Source: a virus
Taxonomy: Duplodnaviria > Heunggongvirae > Uroviricota > Caudoviricetes
Virus record (IMG/VR): IMGVR_UViG_2663763256_000001
Reading direction: 5' to 3' (one strand)
Length of the DNA: 34,992 nt
Below, piece after piece: positions 8,956-19,679 of the stretch (the stretch's first letter is position 1; each line of letters begins with the position of its first letter). The notes under the pieces are model-generated. The model searched no databases and had not been told where the DNA came from. It worked only from the letters and a program-made list of their open reading frames with translations. A program made the position numbers and the translations under genes.

Positions 8956-10431
8956 CTACTGTCGTTTCGTTGCGGCACTGCTGCCTCCTTTATCACTGGC
9001 CGGATCGGTATCAAATACCAGATCCAGCTTGCGGTTTTCATCAATTTCGGCCTTGCGCCGACGTTTGACATCATCCGGATTACGACCACCTGCACGTACC
9101 CAGTCTGATTCTGTCGCCGCTCCACCACGAATCTGAATTTTCCAGGCCTCAGCCTCCTTAACAGGGTCAATCCACGGCATCACCGGTCCGGAATACACCG
9201 CGGTATACAGTGAAGAACGGTCAAGATCGCGGGGTAGCCTGATAACACCGGATGCCACAGCCTGTTTCAGCCAGGCACGATACATCGGGCGGGTGACGGC
9301 ACCAATAAACCAGTCCTGCAGGATCAGGTAGCCATCAGTGGATTCAACCAGCTCCTGACGCTGGGCGCTGTAAGTGCCGTTATAGTTGCGTGCCGTACTG
9401 GAAAAACTCAGACGACTGCCCGCCGCCACGGCACGCAACTGACCATTACGAAAAGTTTCAAGGTTAGGATTGGGACGATCCGACTTCACCATTCCGATTT
9501 CTTCGCCGGGTTTCAGATCGTCGTAAATAATGCCTGGCTGAATGGTAAGCTCGCGTTCATTCTCCTTGCTGTCATTACCATCCGTTTCATAGCTCTGTCC
9601 GTCGCCTTTCCGGATGTACATCCCCAGAGCAGCGGCGATCCTTGCTGCAGTCAGCTCAGAATCTTCATACTCTTTCAGAGCACTGAGGCGGATCAGCACA
9701 CCGGACAATAAAGACGTCCCGCGCATCTGGTGCAGACGGCGAACAAATTTAAGATGCAGCATTCGCTCTGCATCCACTTCTTTGGTTTCCATCTGCCGTC
9801 CGGATACGGGACGGCTTTTATACACCAGATATTTTTCGGGACGCCCCCAGTCATCAACAAACACGCCCTGATTCAGCCTGTTGCTCTCATCACTGGTCAT
9901 GGGAATAAAGTCCGGCTCGAGCGCCTCCAGCCAGAAATGAACACCGGCAGAAGGCGTCAGGCTGTTTATGCGCCCGGAAACCATCTGGGCAAACACCTCA
10001 CCATCGCGCAGCCAGGTACGCAGCATCAGACGTTCCAGCATCGGACGGGTAAACTGCCCGGTGACTTCCGGACTGACAGACCATTCACTCCATCGGGTGC
10101 GTATCTCCGCTGCCAGATCACGGGCAATGGCCCCATTGCGTAATACCGGATGTGGCTCGACAATAATCCCGTTTTTCCCCACCACCCGTTCTTCCAGCTT
10201 GTCAAATACACCAATAACCAGATCGTGGTTGTTATCAAGGTAACGGGCCTGCTCACGTAACGACACGGCCCCGTACTGGCTTAACTGGTCGGCAGTTCGG
10301 TTTTCCCGCCGGGCTTTGTGTGTCCGTGTCGTTTTTACGGCCTCATAAGCCTGGATCACCGCACGGGAACGCAGCCTTGCCGCTTTCCATCCTGGTGAAA
10401 AAACGCCAATCACATCATCAAGAATTGCCAT
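8956..10431 (-). CDS. portal protein
   Basis: ~491 aa between the W-like gene and the protease-capsid gene. Start taken as MAILDD at 10431, overlapping the W-like stop (TGATG). Called by size and position. Confidence 0.75.
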   Translation of the reverse strand: MAILDDVIGVFSPGWKAARLRSRAVIQAYEAVKTTRTHKARRENRTADQLSQYGAVSLREQARYLDNNHDLVIGVFDKLEERVVGKNGIIVEPHPVLRNGAIARDLAAEIRTRWSEWSVSPEVTGQFTRPMLERLMLRTWLRDGEVFAQMVSGRINSLTPSAGVHFWLEALEPDFIPMTSDESNRLNQGVFVDDWGRPEKYLVYKSRPVSGRQMETKEVDAERMLHLKFVRRLHQMRGTSLLSGVLIRLSALKEYEDSELTAARIAAALGMYIRKGDGQSYETDGNDSKENERELTIQPGIIYDDLKPGEEIGMVKSDRPNPNLETFRNGQLRAVAAGSRLSFSSTARNYNGTYSAQRQELVESTDGYLILQDWFIGAVTRPMYRAWLKQAVASGVIRLPRDLDRSSLYTAVYSGPVMPWIDPVKEAEAWKIQIRGGAATESDWVRAGGRNPDDVKRRRKAEIDENRKLDLVFDTDPASDKGGSSAATKRQ

Positions 10432-10649
10432 CAGAACCTCGCCAGCCGGTACCCGGGATGCCCCCGTCGTCGTGTAATCAGAGCCGCAAGGCGGCGCTCC
10501 CACTCCTGCCGTCCCTGCCGGATCTCAGATAAGTTTTCCATGGTCATCTGCTGACCATTAAAGGTGACGGATTTTCCGTCCAGCACCGCCATTTCAGCTT
10601 CCGTATAACGCTGAATCATGGCTTCAATATCATTCTGATTCATAACCAT
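10431..10649 (-). CDS. W: head completion/DNA stabilization protein (gpW-like)
   Basis: 72 aa with C-terminus ITRRRGHPGYRLARF resembling the lambda gpW C-terminus. Located between terminase large subunit and portal, as in lambda. Confidence 0.7.
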   Translation of the reverse strand: MVMNQNDIEAMIQRYTEAEMAVLDGKSVTFNGQQMTMENLSEIRQGRQEWERRLAALITRRRGHPGYRLARF

Positions 10650-12739
10650 CCTCCGGAAGTCAGCCAGGGGTTAACATCGTCAGTTACTGTTTTCTTCCGT
10701 TTTTGTTTTTTAACAGGCGTGGATACCGGCTCCGGTGAGGGTGACGGTTCGGTACTGTCCGGGACACACTCCAGCCAGGTTTCCCGGCTCGCCCACTCCG
10801 GTGCATCCGGCCAGCGGATCTTTTCGTATCCATGCAGAATGACCAGCGCCTCGGCATACACCATCAGGTCAAAAGCTTCGTTGGCACCGCGACCCGGCTT
10901 ACTCCATTTCCCGTCACTGCTCCGCTCTTCATACGTCAGTTCGTCGTAAAACCAGCTCCCCAGCCAGTCAGGGAAATGCACATAGCCTGGACCTGGCGAG
11001 TCACGCCATAACGCGTTATTCACCCGGTCTTTCAGGGCATCCGTCTGAAGAAGCCAGAGCGGCACATCACCTGCGGCCTGCGCCCGGCGGCCCGTTCGTC
11101 CGGTGTTATCAGGGAATGTACGGCTGATCAGTTTTGCGCGCCGGATGCTGTCGCCCTTAAACAGGTAAATACGTTTACCAAGGCCATCACGACGGCAACG
11201 ACGCCAGAATTTATAGGCATTATCAGTGACCCCGTCTTCACCGCCGGAATCCACCGCCATTGCCATCAGTCGCATTTGTTGAGAAGGATCGGAGGCCAGC
11301 GGCCAGCTTTTATGAAAAACATCCGTCAGCAGGACATCCCAGTCTTCCGGATAGCTGGCCGGATCAATTCGCTGGCTCTCCCCGTCGCAGTCACTGCGCA
11401 ATGACTGCGTGATGTTGTAACGATCAATAATCCAGCGTTCGCCACGGCTGCCATAGCCCGTTACCTGAACCACAAAACGGCGATGACGTCCCGCCTGCAC
11501 ATCCACTGTCGCCACAAGGAAATTAACGCCATCCGGAACACTGCGGGAAGGAACTGGCTCTGCCCGCTGCTCAAGCAGTTCACTTTTTCGTTGCTCCATG
11601 CTGGCACGAGGAAGATAAGGCAATCCCCAGTCGGTGTTGATAACCGCCCTGAGTGTTTCTTCGCTTCCTGTCGCTTCATACTCCTGTTCTGCAGTCAGTA
11701 ATTTGTAAACCAGTTGCGCCCAGGTCTGATACGCAGCAGCTGGCCCTTCCATCCAGAAACTGGCGATACGGGAGCGGCGCGGTTCACCGGAAACGTTGCC
11801 GTTACGATCAATGACCTGACCTTCACGTAACCAGACTCCTGCACTATTGAGCTCACGCTTTTTCTCCGCAGTGATAATGCCGCTGCAGTGCGGGCAAAGT
11901 AGATACGCCGCCTCACTGGCTTTAAAGGGATCCGGTTCATTACGGTAGCCGGTCATGGCATCCATAGCTGGCTGAAAATATTCACCGCAGTGCGGACATG
12001 GCCAGTACCAGCGGCGGCGGTCACCACGATTGTAAAGGGAAAGAATACCAGTCGTCGGTGGCGCTTCATGAGGCGACTTACGTCGCCATTTGCTGTCGCA
12101 GATGTCACGTCCCGGCGAGCTCTCCACCAGAGTCATCCCGGCGGACATAAATGTGGTGGTACGTTTTGAGGCCAGGGAAAAACCATCACCCTCGCTGTCG
12201 ATATTCTCCGGAAAACGGTCGTAATCGGTTAAGGCGACAAACCGGTAATCCGACGACGACATAATGTTGACCGAGGGCCAACCAATTTTAAGGAACGAGC
12301 CATCCCTGAACGTCTTATCATGGACATTATTGTCGTTACGACGTGGACTCATTCTTTTCTTTACCGCCGCACTGCTTCTGAACGTTCTGTCGAGGCGCTT
12401 TTTAGAATGCTCGCGGGCCTTATCTTCGGTCATCTGCACAACGAGCATGTCCGAAGGATCGCAAACGATGGTATAGACAATCCATCCATCGATCAGACCA
12501 ATGGTCTTCCCTGTTCGCGCAGGACCAACAAAAATCACCGCATCGTATTCACGCGATGCCAGGCAGTTCATGGGCTCAATGATGTAGGGTGTCAGTTCAG
12601 GATCCCATGGCACCGAGTTACCAGCCCCCTTGGGAACACGCATGAATTTTTTAACAGCCTCCGAAATCGGCATGCGACGTGGTGGGGAAAATCCTGCCGA
12701 TATGTCCCTTCCCAAATTTCGGGCTGATGAAAAACCCAT
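10640..12739 (-). CDS. terminase large subunit (lambda A-like)
   Basis: 699 aa with perfect AGGAGG Shine-Dalgarno 5 nt upstream of the ATG. Walker A-like GPARTGKT. Position follows the small subunit. Confidence 0.85.
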   Translation of the reverse strand: MGFSSARNLGRDISAGFSPPRRMPISEAVKKFMRVPKGAGNSVPWDPELTPYIIEPMNCLASREYDAVIFVGPARTGKTIGLIDGWIVYTIVCDPSDMLVVQMTEDKAREHSKKRLDRTFRSSAAVKKRMSPRRNDNNVHDKTFRDGSFLKIGWPSVNIMSSSDYRFVALTDYDRFPENIDSEGDGFSLASKRTTTFMSAGMTLVESSPGRDICDSKWRRKSPHEAPPTTGILSLYNRGDRRRWYWPCPHCGEYFQPAMDAMTGYRNEPDPFKASEAAYLLCPHCSGIITAEKKRELNSAGVWLREGQVIDRNGNVSGEPRRSRIASFWMEGPAAAYQTWAQLVYKLLTAEQEYEATGSEETLRAVINTDWGLPYLPRASMEQRKSELLEQRAEPVPSRSVPDGVNFLVATVDVQAGRHRRFVVQVTGYGSRGERWIIDRYNITQSLRSDCDGESQRIDPASYPEDWDVLLTDVFHKSWPLASDPSQQMRLMAMAVDSGGEDGVTDNAYKFWRRCRRDGLGKRIYLFKGDSIRRAKLISRTFPDNTGRTGRRAQAAGDVPLWLLQTDALKDRVNNALWRDSPGPGYVHFPDWLGSWFYDELTYEERSSDGKWSKPGRGANEAFDLMVYAEALVILHGYEKIRWPDAPEWASRETWLECVPDSTEPSPSPEPVSTPVKKQKRKKTVTDDVNPWLTSGGWL

Positions 12740-12747
12740 TATTCCTC

Positions 12748-13275
12748 CTAGAGACTCTCTCCTTCCTCATCAGGAATTAATTCAGCAGCACAAGCCTCGT
12801 AGGATTTTTCCTGAAGAGTGTATCGCAGGTCATCAATGGCCTGCTGTACAACGCCGACGGCCTGAGGAGTCAGGGCGCAATCGCGTTCAAGAACATCCGG
12901 AATTGTCTCCAGAACCTGGACGACAGCCTTTCTCATGGACGAATAGACGATGACTACTTCATCAACTGGGATGAGTTTCCGCTGCTCCTTTTCCAGCTTG
13001 ATCCTTTCATTTTCAGACTGGTACCAGTCTTTTCTCTCTTTCGGCTCCATACGGGATGGATCATGAACAGAGTCTGCTGCCTCATGCTTCACACTAAACA
13101 GGGCGGGCCCGACATGCTGCAGGGCGTAAACGGGGTTCCCCCTGACAGTCGCAGCCACAGGAGTGTTGGCCGCGAGGAGCCGTTTTTTTACTGTGTCCCG
13201 GTGAAGCCCAAAGGCCTCGGCGATTTTAAAAACACTCCAGTAATAAGCATCACCGATCCCGCTCACATTTGACAT
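12748..13275 (-). CDS. terminase small subunit (Nu1-like)
   Basis: N-terminal HTH-like segment (WSVFKIAEAFGLHRDTVKKRL). GGAG Shine-Dalgarno before the second ATG, at 13275. Immediately upstream of the large subunit. Confidence 0.75.
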   Translation of the reverse strand: MSNVSGIGDAYYWSVFKIAEAFGLHRDTVKKRLLAANTPVAATVRGNPVYALQHVGPALFSVKHEAADSVHDPSRMEPKERKDWYQSENERIKLEKEQRKLIPVDEVVIVYSSMRKAVVQVLETIPDVLERDCALTPQAVGVVQQAIDDLRYTLQEKSYEACAAELIPDEEGESL

Positions 13276-13458
13276 AAGCAACTCCATCTGGCAGGTGAAA
13301 ATCAGGTTTATTTATATATTTCAATTAATTGCAAACTGGTCTAATGACAGGGAGAAAAAATATTGTACAGGTGAAAAGAGAAATAACTTCTAATTATCAA
13401 TAAATTACCAAACATGCTGCCGCCGCCATGGAAATGCAAAAACTAGTCTTTTTCCGCG

Positions 13459-13470
13459 ACGCTCCCGCCC
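13459..13470 (-). other. candidate cosN cohesive-end site
   Basis: The - strand reads ACGGGGCGGGAGCGTCGCGG about 190 bp upstream of the Nu1-like start, against recalled lambda cosN ACGGGGCGGCGACCTCGCGG. Same spacing from Nu1 as in lambda. Confidence 0.5.
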
Positions 13471-13835
13471 CGTGGCAGGGCCCCCACTGGGAGGACCCGA
13501 CAGCCTGACAACCGTGACGAGCATCTGTAACAGAGCTTTACATAATGGCATGGGGATAATTCAGAAGGACATCACAGCATGCCCACACAAATTAGTGTGA
13601 GTGTCCTGTCTCTTACTACGCGCAGGACTGACGAGCATGAGGGGAAAATACGAGAACCGAAATGCCTTATCTTCAGAAATGCAGCCGGCATCCGAACTGG
13701 ACGATATTGTAAATTCACCTAAATACGAGGCATTGCTGTAGTTGAATTGCATTGCTGTATTAGCCTGACAGTGACAGAATACGATATTGACTCTGTCACT
13801 TGTGAAATGGTCAGAATGGTTAGCAGTTATGGTGA

Positions 13836-14042
13836 TCAGTCAACCACCAGGGAATAATCCTTCGTATTCTTATCGTGCTTTACTAACGCGGCCTCAATTG
13901 CCCTGAATGCTTCCAGAGACACTTGATGTTCTATACATGCAATTACAACATCCGGGTAACCCATCGAAATGGTGCTATTAAGCATAGTTTTTACACGAAC
14001 CTGCTCCTGGGAGGGGGCATCAGTGTATTGATCTTTATGCAT
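13836..14042 (-). CDS. hypothetical small protein
   Basis: 68-aa track ORF in the AT-rich block between cos and gnsB. No recognizable similarity. Confidence 0.3.
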   Translation of the reverse strand: MHKDQYTDAPSQEQVRVKTMLNSTISMGYPDVVIACIEHQVSLEAFRAIEAALVKHDKNTKDYSLVVD

Positions 14043-14337
14043 TTTGTCGCTCCATGCGTTTGCTCTTCACTTACGGCTAAAAATATAACGTCAAATCACT
14101 CAGCATGAAAGAGTGAAAGATTCAGCGCGTTTCCCTTACATAATCTGTCGTTTGTATTCTCTTCAGGCATACCGAAAAGACTAGGTATTGTCACACAACC
14201 AATACCATCGACAATCGAGATTTATACCTATTCGGTAATGTTTAAATATAACAAAACCCCGTAAAAACGAGGTTTATGGGTAATTTGTATTGTTGAATAG
14301 CATCTGATGAGAAATTGATGCTAATGCTATAAACAGA

Positions 14338-14511
14338 CTAGATTAAATCAATCTTGATATCATAGCTTTCAAGACCAGTCATTTTTTCCCGTGCAGTAAA
14401 CTGGATACTGGTAACTTCTTTCCCGGTCTTTTTCTTAAGCTCAATGATTTTTTTTGTTATATATTCAGAAATATCTGCTTCTGTTTTTGTTTTTAACTCT
14501 TCAATGTTCAT
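14338..14511 (-). CDS. gnsB: GnsA/GnsB family protein
   Basis: 57-aa product MNIEELKTKTEADISEYITKKIIELKKKTGKEVTSIQFTAREKMTGLESYDIKIDLI closely matches recalled GnsB. The track ORF has a non-conserved N-terminal extension. Confidence 0.8.
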   Translation of the reverse strand: MNIEELKTKTEADISEYITKKIIELKKKTGKEVTSIQFTAREKMTGLESYDIKIDLI

Positions 14512-14683
14512 CATTTCCTCTTTTAGTCTGTTATGACTTTCCTGGTACACAGTAGTGTCAATTATATGGAGCAAACGTATAAAAGATAAGATGAAACATC
14601 GCAATAATCAACATACGACGGTCTAAATTTCACACAAACAGATAAAGATGATTATCATTTATTATCAATGCATTAGAATCAAA

Positions 14684-14914
14684 TCAATTCAAGAGTCTCA
14701 TTGCTGCTTCCAGAATTTCTTCTGAAGTTACATGCCGATCCGCTGCTACATAAATGACTTTATGATCTCCGGTCAGAGATGGAAACCCTGCAGCCATTAC
14801 AGTGAGGTGTGTTGTTTCGCCATTTGGATATTCACGTATGATGGTGTTAACTCCGGTCATCACTGGCACTACCATTGCTGGTTCAGAGTTAAAAAAAACT
14901 ATTATTTTTTTCAT
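14684..14914 (-). CDS. ynfN: YnfN-like small protein
   Basis: ORF (MKKIIVFFNSEPAMVV...) between the gnsB and cspI homologs, the same synteny as gnsB-ynfN-cspI in K-12 Qin. Start chosen at the internal ATG at 14914. Confidence 0.5.
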   Translation of the reverse strand: MKKIIVFFNSEPAMVVPVMTGVNTIIREYPNGETTHLTVMAAGFPSLTGDHKVIYVAADRHVTSEEILEAAMRLLN

Positions 14915-15185
14915 AATGTTACCGTAATATGTGAGTATCCATCGACTAGACACTAAGCAAAAAAGCTCCCGAAGGAGCCTTCATTTTCACTTTCTTAAAT
15001 CTAACGACAGACGGCTAACATTTAAGTATTGTGAAATATTATCAAATGTAATCATCATTGATTTACAAAAGATACATTTTGCCCCGAAAGGATTCCTGTC
15101 AGAAACATCAAAAGATGATGTTCTATACTGAGAACCATGGCAACACGGGCATCTAAAGTGAATATGGTTTGTAATATTTTCTACC

Positions 15186-15398
15186 TCAAAGTGCCACAAC
15201 ATGAACAGCCGCGGGGCCTTTAGGTCCGTTCTCAATACCAAATTCGACTTCCTGATTCTCAGTTAACGTTTTGAAATCGTTGCTCTGAATAGCTGAGAAA
15301 TGGACAAACACATCTTTGCTACCATCTTTCGGCGTGATGAAACCAAAACCTTTTTCAGGGTTAAACCATTTCACTAAACCAGTCATTTTGTTAGACAT
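15186..15398 (-). CDS. cspI: cold-shock protein, CspA family (CspI-like)
   Basis: [38 protein letters not shown] carries the cold-shock domain RNP motifs. AAGG Shine-Dalgarno; long AT-rich 5' region upstream, typical of csp genes. Confidence 0.85.
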   Translation of the reverse strand: MSNKMTGLVKWFNPEKGFGFITPKDGSKDVFVHFSAIQSNDFKTLTENQEVEFGIENGPKGPAAVHVVAL

Positions 15399-15761
15399 CA
15401 TTATTACCTTTTGAAGAAGTTAGCCCTTGGGCAGAATGGTCCGAAAAAAAATATCAGAGAGAAAAACCAACAAGGAAATCTCAAGAGGTACAAATAATAA
15501 AATTATAACAATGACTGCTTCAGATAATTTTGTAACAAACCAGAACACCATTAACGCATGATTAACCAACCATAGCAAGGATTACTTTTGTAAAGAAAAA
15601 CACACGAATGAAACAATAGCTTTATTTATTAATAAAACGTGTCATTCTGTCTAATGACCTTTTATCTTACCCTTAAGATTTCAAGGATTTTGACTCATGG
15701 AAGAGTCCTTTTTATTTAAATTTCACATTCAGCGCTAAAAATAATCCGATTTAATATTAAT

Positions 15762-16789
<1,028 letters not shown>

Positions 16790-16916
16790 GGATATTTATC
16801 AGGATTTATCAGTTTCTAATCTCTAGATATGTTAAGCACTCAGCCCGTCAGTGGTGGATACTGGCGTGTGTAATAAAGGGGGGATGGCTGATTACCTCTG
16901 ATAAGGGAATGTAACT

Positions 16917-17213
16917 ATGAACGGTATAGATCCATTCAAACCAATCAGTAAGCAACTTGATGTGGTATTACCACAACTGACAAAACACAACGACCTTCTG
17001 GATAAAGTGTTGCCTTTTTATATTGCTGTTACCGCAAAATTATCAGGTAAAACTCGAGAAGAGGTTCTCAAATATAACATGCTGGCTTTAGAAACAATTT
17101 TTGGCTCAGAAAAAGCGGGAAAATCACCCAAAGAGCTGGCAGAATCTCAATTTGCTTATATGACAAATATAAGAGTATCCGAAATCTTTGATAAGCTACC
17201 AGACATTGAATAA
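16917..17213 (+). CDS. hypothetical protein encoded antisense to the lysis cassette
   Basis: 98-aa ORF with AGGGA Shine-Dalgarno about 9 nt upstream and its own intrinsic terminator immediately downstream. No recognizable domain. Confidence 0.55.
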   Translation: MNGIDPFKPISKQLDVVLPQLTKHNDLLDKVLPFYIAVTAKLSGKTREEVLKYNMLALETIFGSEKAGKSPKELAESQFAYMTNIRVSEIFDKLPDIE

Positions 17214-17218
17214 TTTCT

Positions 17219-17248
17219 AAGCGGCAGTAATGCCGCTTTATATTTTTT
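17219..17248 (+). terminator. intrinsic terminator of the + strand gene
   Basis: AAGCGGCA-GTAA-TGCCGCTT hairpin followed by TATATTTTTT. Confidence 0.65.
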
Positions 17249-17456
17249 CAGCCAAATCTCTCAAGAACTGTTTGGCATGTTTTACCGCAGTAACTTCATA
17301 ATAATCCAAACCAGCTCCTTCAAGTCGCTCAAGGTTGATGTTCAGATCAAAAATTTCACCGGCAAAACGTTCTTTGTCCTGTAACGTTAAGATTACCGTA
17401 ACTTTATTCTCAAAATTGCGGGTCCCTTTCACAATCAGTTCATATTTTTGAGTCAT
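17238..17456 (-). CDS. hypothetical protein between holin and endolysin
   Basis: 72-aa ORF whose ATG lies 4 nt after the holin stop (TAATTCAATG), with a GGAG-type RBS inside the holin 3' end. No recognizable similarity. Confidence 0.5.
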   Translation of the reverse strand: MTQKYELIVKGTRNFENKVTVILTLQDKERFAGEIFDLNINLERLEGAGLDYYEVTAVKHAKQFLRDLAEKI

Positions 17457-17460
17457 TGAA

Positions 17461-17676
17461 TTACTCTCCCCGTGCAGCCTTACGACGGTCCTCTCTGATT
17501 TTGAAATACAGGTTAGTCAGATATGTCAGCAGCCCAAACAGCAGACTCCCCAGCACGCCTATTGCCGCCCACTGAGACGGGGAAACCCTGTCCAGCAACT
17601 GCAGGAACCAGTAGCCCGTTCCCACCGCTGACGTGGTGTATGACACACCTGTTGTGATTTTTTCCATCTGGTCCAT
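17461..17676 (-). CDS. holin, phage 21 S-type pinholin
   Basis: C-terminal part ([50 protein letters not shown]) matches recalled S21 almost exactly. Dual-start motif MDQM. GGGAGA RBS. The track ORF extends upstream to 17781. Confidence 0.85.
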   Translation of the reverse strand: MDQMEKITTGVSYTTSAVGTGYWFLQLLDRVSPSQWAAIGVLGSLLFGLLTYLTNLYFKIREDRRKAARGE

Positions 17677-17983
17677 ACCCCGTCTCCCGTTATCCGGAAG
17701 CTGACAACAATAAAAAAGCCACCAGTTAACTACTGATGGCTCTGATAACTCATGCAAGCGTCTCAGACGACCCACTGACACTACCGGTGAGTTTAACGAT
17801 ACCTTCCATTTGACTGGCTCACTTTTTATGATGATGCCGGTGCATTTATCTCCAGCACCAGACTTTCTATCTCAACGCCATACGTTGCATTTTTGGTAAT
17901 ATCCGTCAGCGTCAGTGCATTTAGTCCCACTGCCAGACTGTCTTTTATGGCCTGGAATGCCGGGCCAGTACGATGACGTAGTA

Positions 17984-18172
17984 TCACTCCGGCTCAGTTG
18001 CACCACTGACCACCACATCACCTTCTGCTGCAATCGCCTGCATCAGGGTATAAGGGGTTATGGCCACCGGACTACCAAACGGCTGCCAGCCCTCTTTCAG
18101 TTTATGTGTCAGCTTTTCCGCAAGATCTGACGGCGGCGCCGCCCTGACAACAGCATAGTATTTAAATGCCAT
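17984..18172 (-). CDS. DUF1737-like small protein
   Basis: MAFKYYAVVRAAPPSDLAEKLTHKLKEGWQPFGSPVAI, a small conserved prophage protein usually found between Q and the holin. Confidence 0.6.
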   Translation of the reverse strand: MAFKYYAVVRAAPPSDLAEKLTHKLKEGWQPFGSPVAITPYTLMQAIAAEGDVVVSGATEPE

Positions 18173-18432
18173 GGTTCTTTCCACCATCTGGAAAATAATT
18201 CTTTAAAATACCAGACATGTAACACAGAAAAAACACAAAACCATACCTTAAATAGAAACCTGATCATCAAGCAGATATGCATGGATAAACTACAAGACGA
18301 GATATAAACCACCCTGCATTTAAATAAACAATAAACAACATCAGAAAAATAATTCTGCTCTATGGTTTATATTCAAAAATATCATTTATACTTTTCAGAA
18401 CATCACCAGCAAGGCATAAACAAGGAAACTAA

Positions 18433-18768
18433 ATGAAGTGGATTGTGATTGATACAGTTATCCAGCCATCATGCGGAATATCTTTTTCAGTCATATGGAG
18501 TAAAGTAAAATTAATAATCTGGTATCAATCGGATGCTTTCTTACCTCCTGAAAGTATATTTACACTGACTCACACAGGTATCATGCTCAATAACAAAGTG
18601 CTACCTGTAACCATTTACAACGTAGTACCATTCAATAAAACATTCTGGAATTTAATCAAAAACAGCCAGGAATGCCCTACAAATACAGATAACGTATTGA
18701 ATGAATGCTTTAATAACCGTTGCACTCTGCAAATATGTCCTTATGGACTAAAACAACAAAGTCCATAA
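18433..18768 (+). CDS. hypothetical AT-rich moron protein
   Basis: 111-aa ORF on the opposite strand to the late operon. AAGGAA Shine-Dalgarno 5 nt before the ATG. Cys-containing C-terminal half. No recognizable domain. Confidence 0.5.
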   Translation: MKWIVIDTVIQPSCGISFSVIWSKVKLIIWYQSDAFLPPESIFTLTHTGIMLNNKVLPVTIYNVVPFNKTFWNLIKNSQECPTNTDNVLNECFNNRCTLQICPYGLKQQSP

Positions 18769-18789
18769 GGAGTTTACTCACATCTGACA

Positions 18790-18824
18790 AAATCAATATA
18801 AACAGCCCCTCCGGAGAGGGGCTG
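18790..18824 (-). terminator. strong intrinsic terminator
   Basis: Perfect 9-bp stem CAGCCCCTC-(CGGA)-GAGGGGCTG. T-rich tract (TTTATATTGATTTT) follows on the - strand. Confidence 0.6.
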
Positions 18825-19215
18825 GAGAGTGGCGCTATGTGCCATTGCATGGTGCCGGGTGCCTCCCGGTGAATTCAGTACCAGCACCTGAATCCGCGAT
18901 TATCCCATATACCTACTCGCTGATTGCCCCTCCGCACAGGGGGATTCACCATGCCAGTTTCTTTTAACAAACCCCCCGCAAACCAGACAACAGTCAACCG
19001 CCTGAATTGTGAAGTATTTAAAAATTTCTCCCGCTAACTGATACCCGGCTAACAGTCTGGTGTTTTCTTTTTCAGCAACGGGAAAGCAACAACCACCACA
19101 CTCGCCACCAGCACACCGTCAGCCAGCACTGACATTATCCGGCTGCTGCAATGCCATTCACAAAAACAGTAAGCAATCACTTTTTACCGTAACAGGTGAT
19201 AATCCAGATATGTAT

Positions 19216-19569
19216 CTACCCCAGATGAGTAATCCGAAGTTCATCCATACCACAGGTCCTGGCTATTCTGTTGTACTCCTGAACAAGAGCAAATAATTCT
19301 GAATTAGCAACCATGAACTCATCGCAAACTCTCTGTATAGCATCACTATTCAGAATAATAACGTCTCTTCCCGAAAGACGATCAGGAGTACAGAACAAAA
19401 CTGTCAAACGGCTGAAGGCCTTTGCTCGTGCTGCATTGACTATATCAATACGCTGCCTAAGGATGAAACACCCCGACGCCTCATCAATATTCACTCTACC
19501 CACACCATATGAATGATAAATATTTAATGCTGAAAAAACCATTAGACCGTATAACAAACACTCAATCAA
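19216..19569 (-). CDS. doubtful hypothetical ORF in the post-tRNA moron slot
   Basis: 117-aa track ORF starting at a TTG codon, with no convincing RBS. Overlapping + strand ORFs are equally unconvincing. Confidence 0.25.
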   Translation of the reverse strand: MIECLLYGLMVFSALNIYHSYGVGRVNIDEASGCFILRQRIDIVNAARAKAFSRLTVLFCTPDRLSGRDVIILNSDAIQRVCDEFMVANSELFALVQEYNRIARTCGMDELRITHLG

Positions 19570-19679
19570 TACTTAACAGAACTTTTATTTTTGACAAACA
19601 TATAATATTTTCAACAATATCCTGAGCCAGGTATATTCCAGTATAAGGCTCTGCCGGAAGGAATCTGGAAGAATGAATA

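Noticed and set aside
7308-10143. + strand track ORFs within the capsid, portal and terminase genes
   Set aside because: Antisense to long, well-supported morphogenesis genes.
17915-18130. 71-aa + strand ORF overlapping the DUF1737 gene
   Set aside because: Opposite strand to a conserved-looking gene, with no RBS.
19060-19516. + strand track ORFs 19060-19296 and 19313-19516 in the post-tRNA slot
   Set aside because: No RBS, implausible composition, and mutually exclusive with the equally weak - strand ORF. Left as unresolved rather than annotated.
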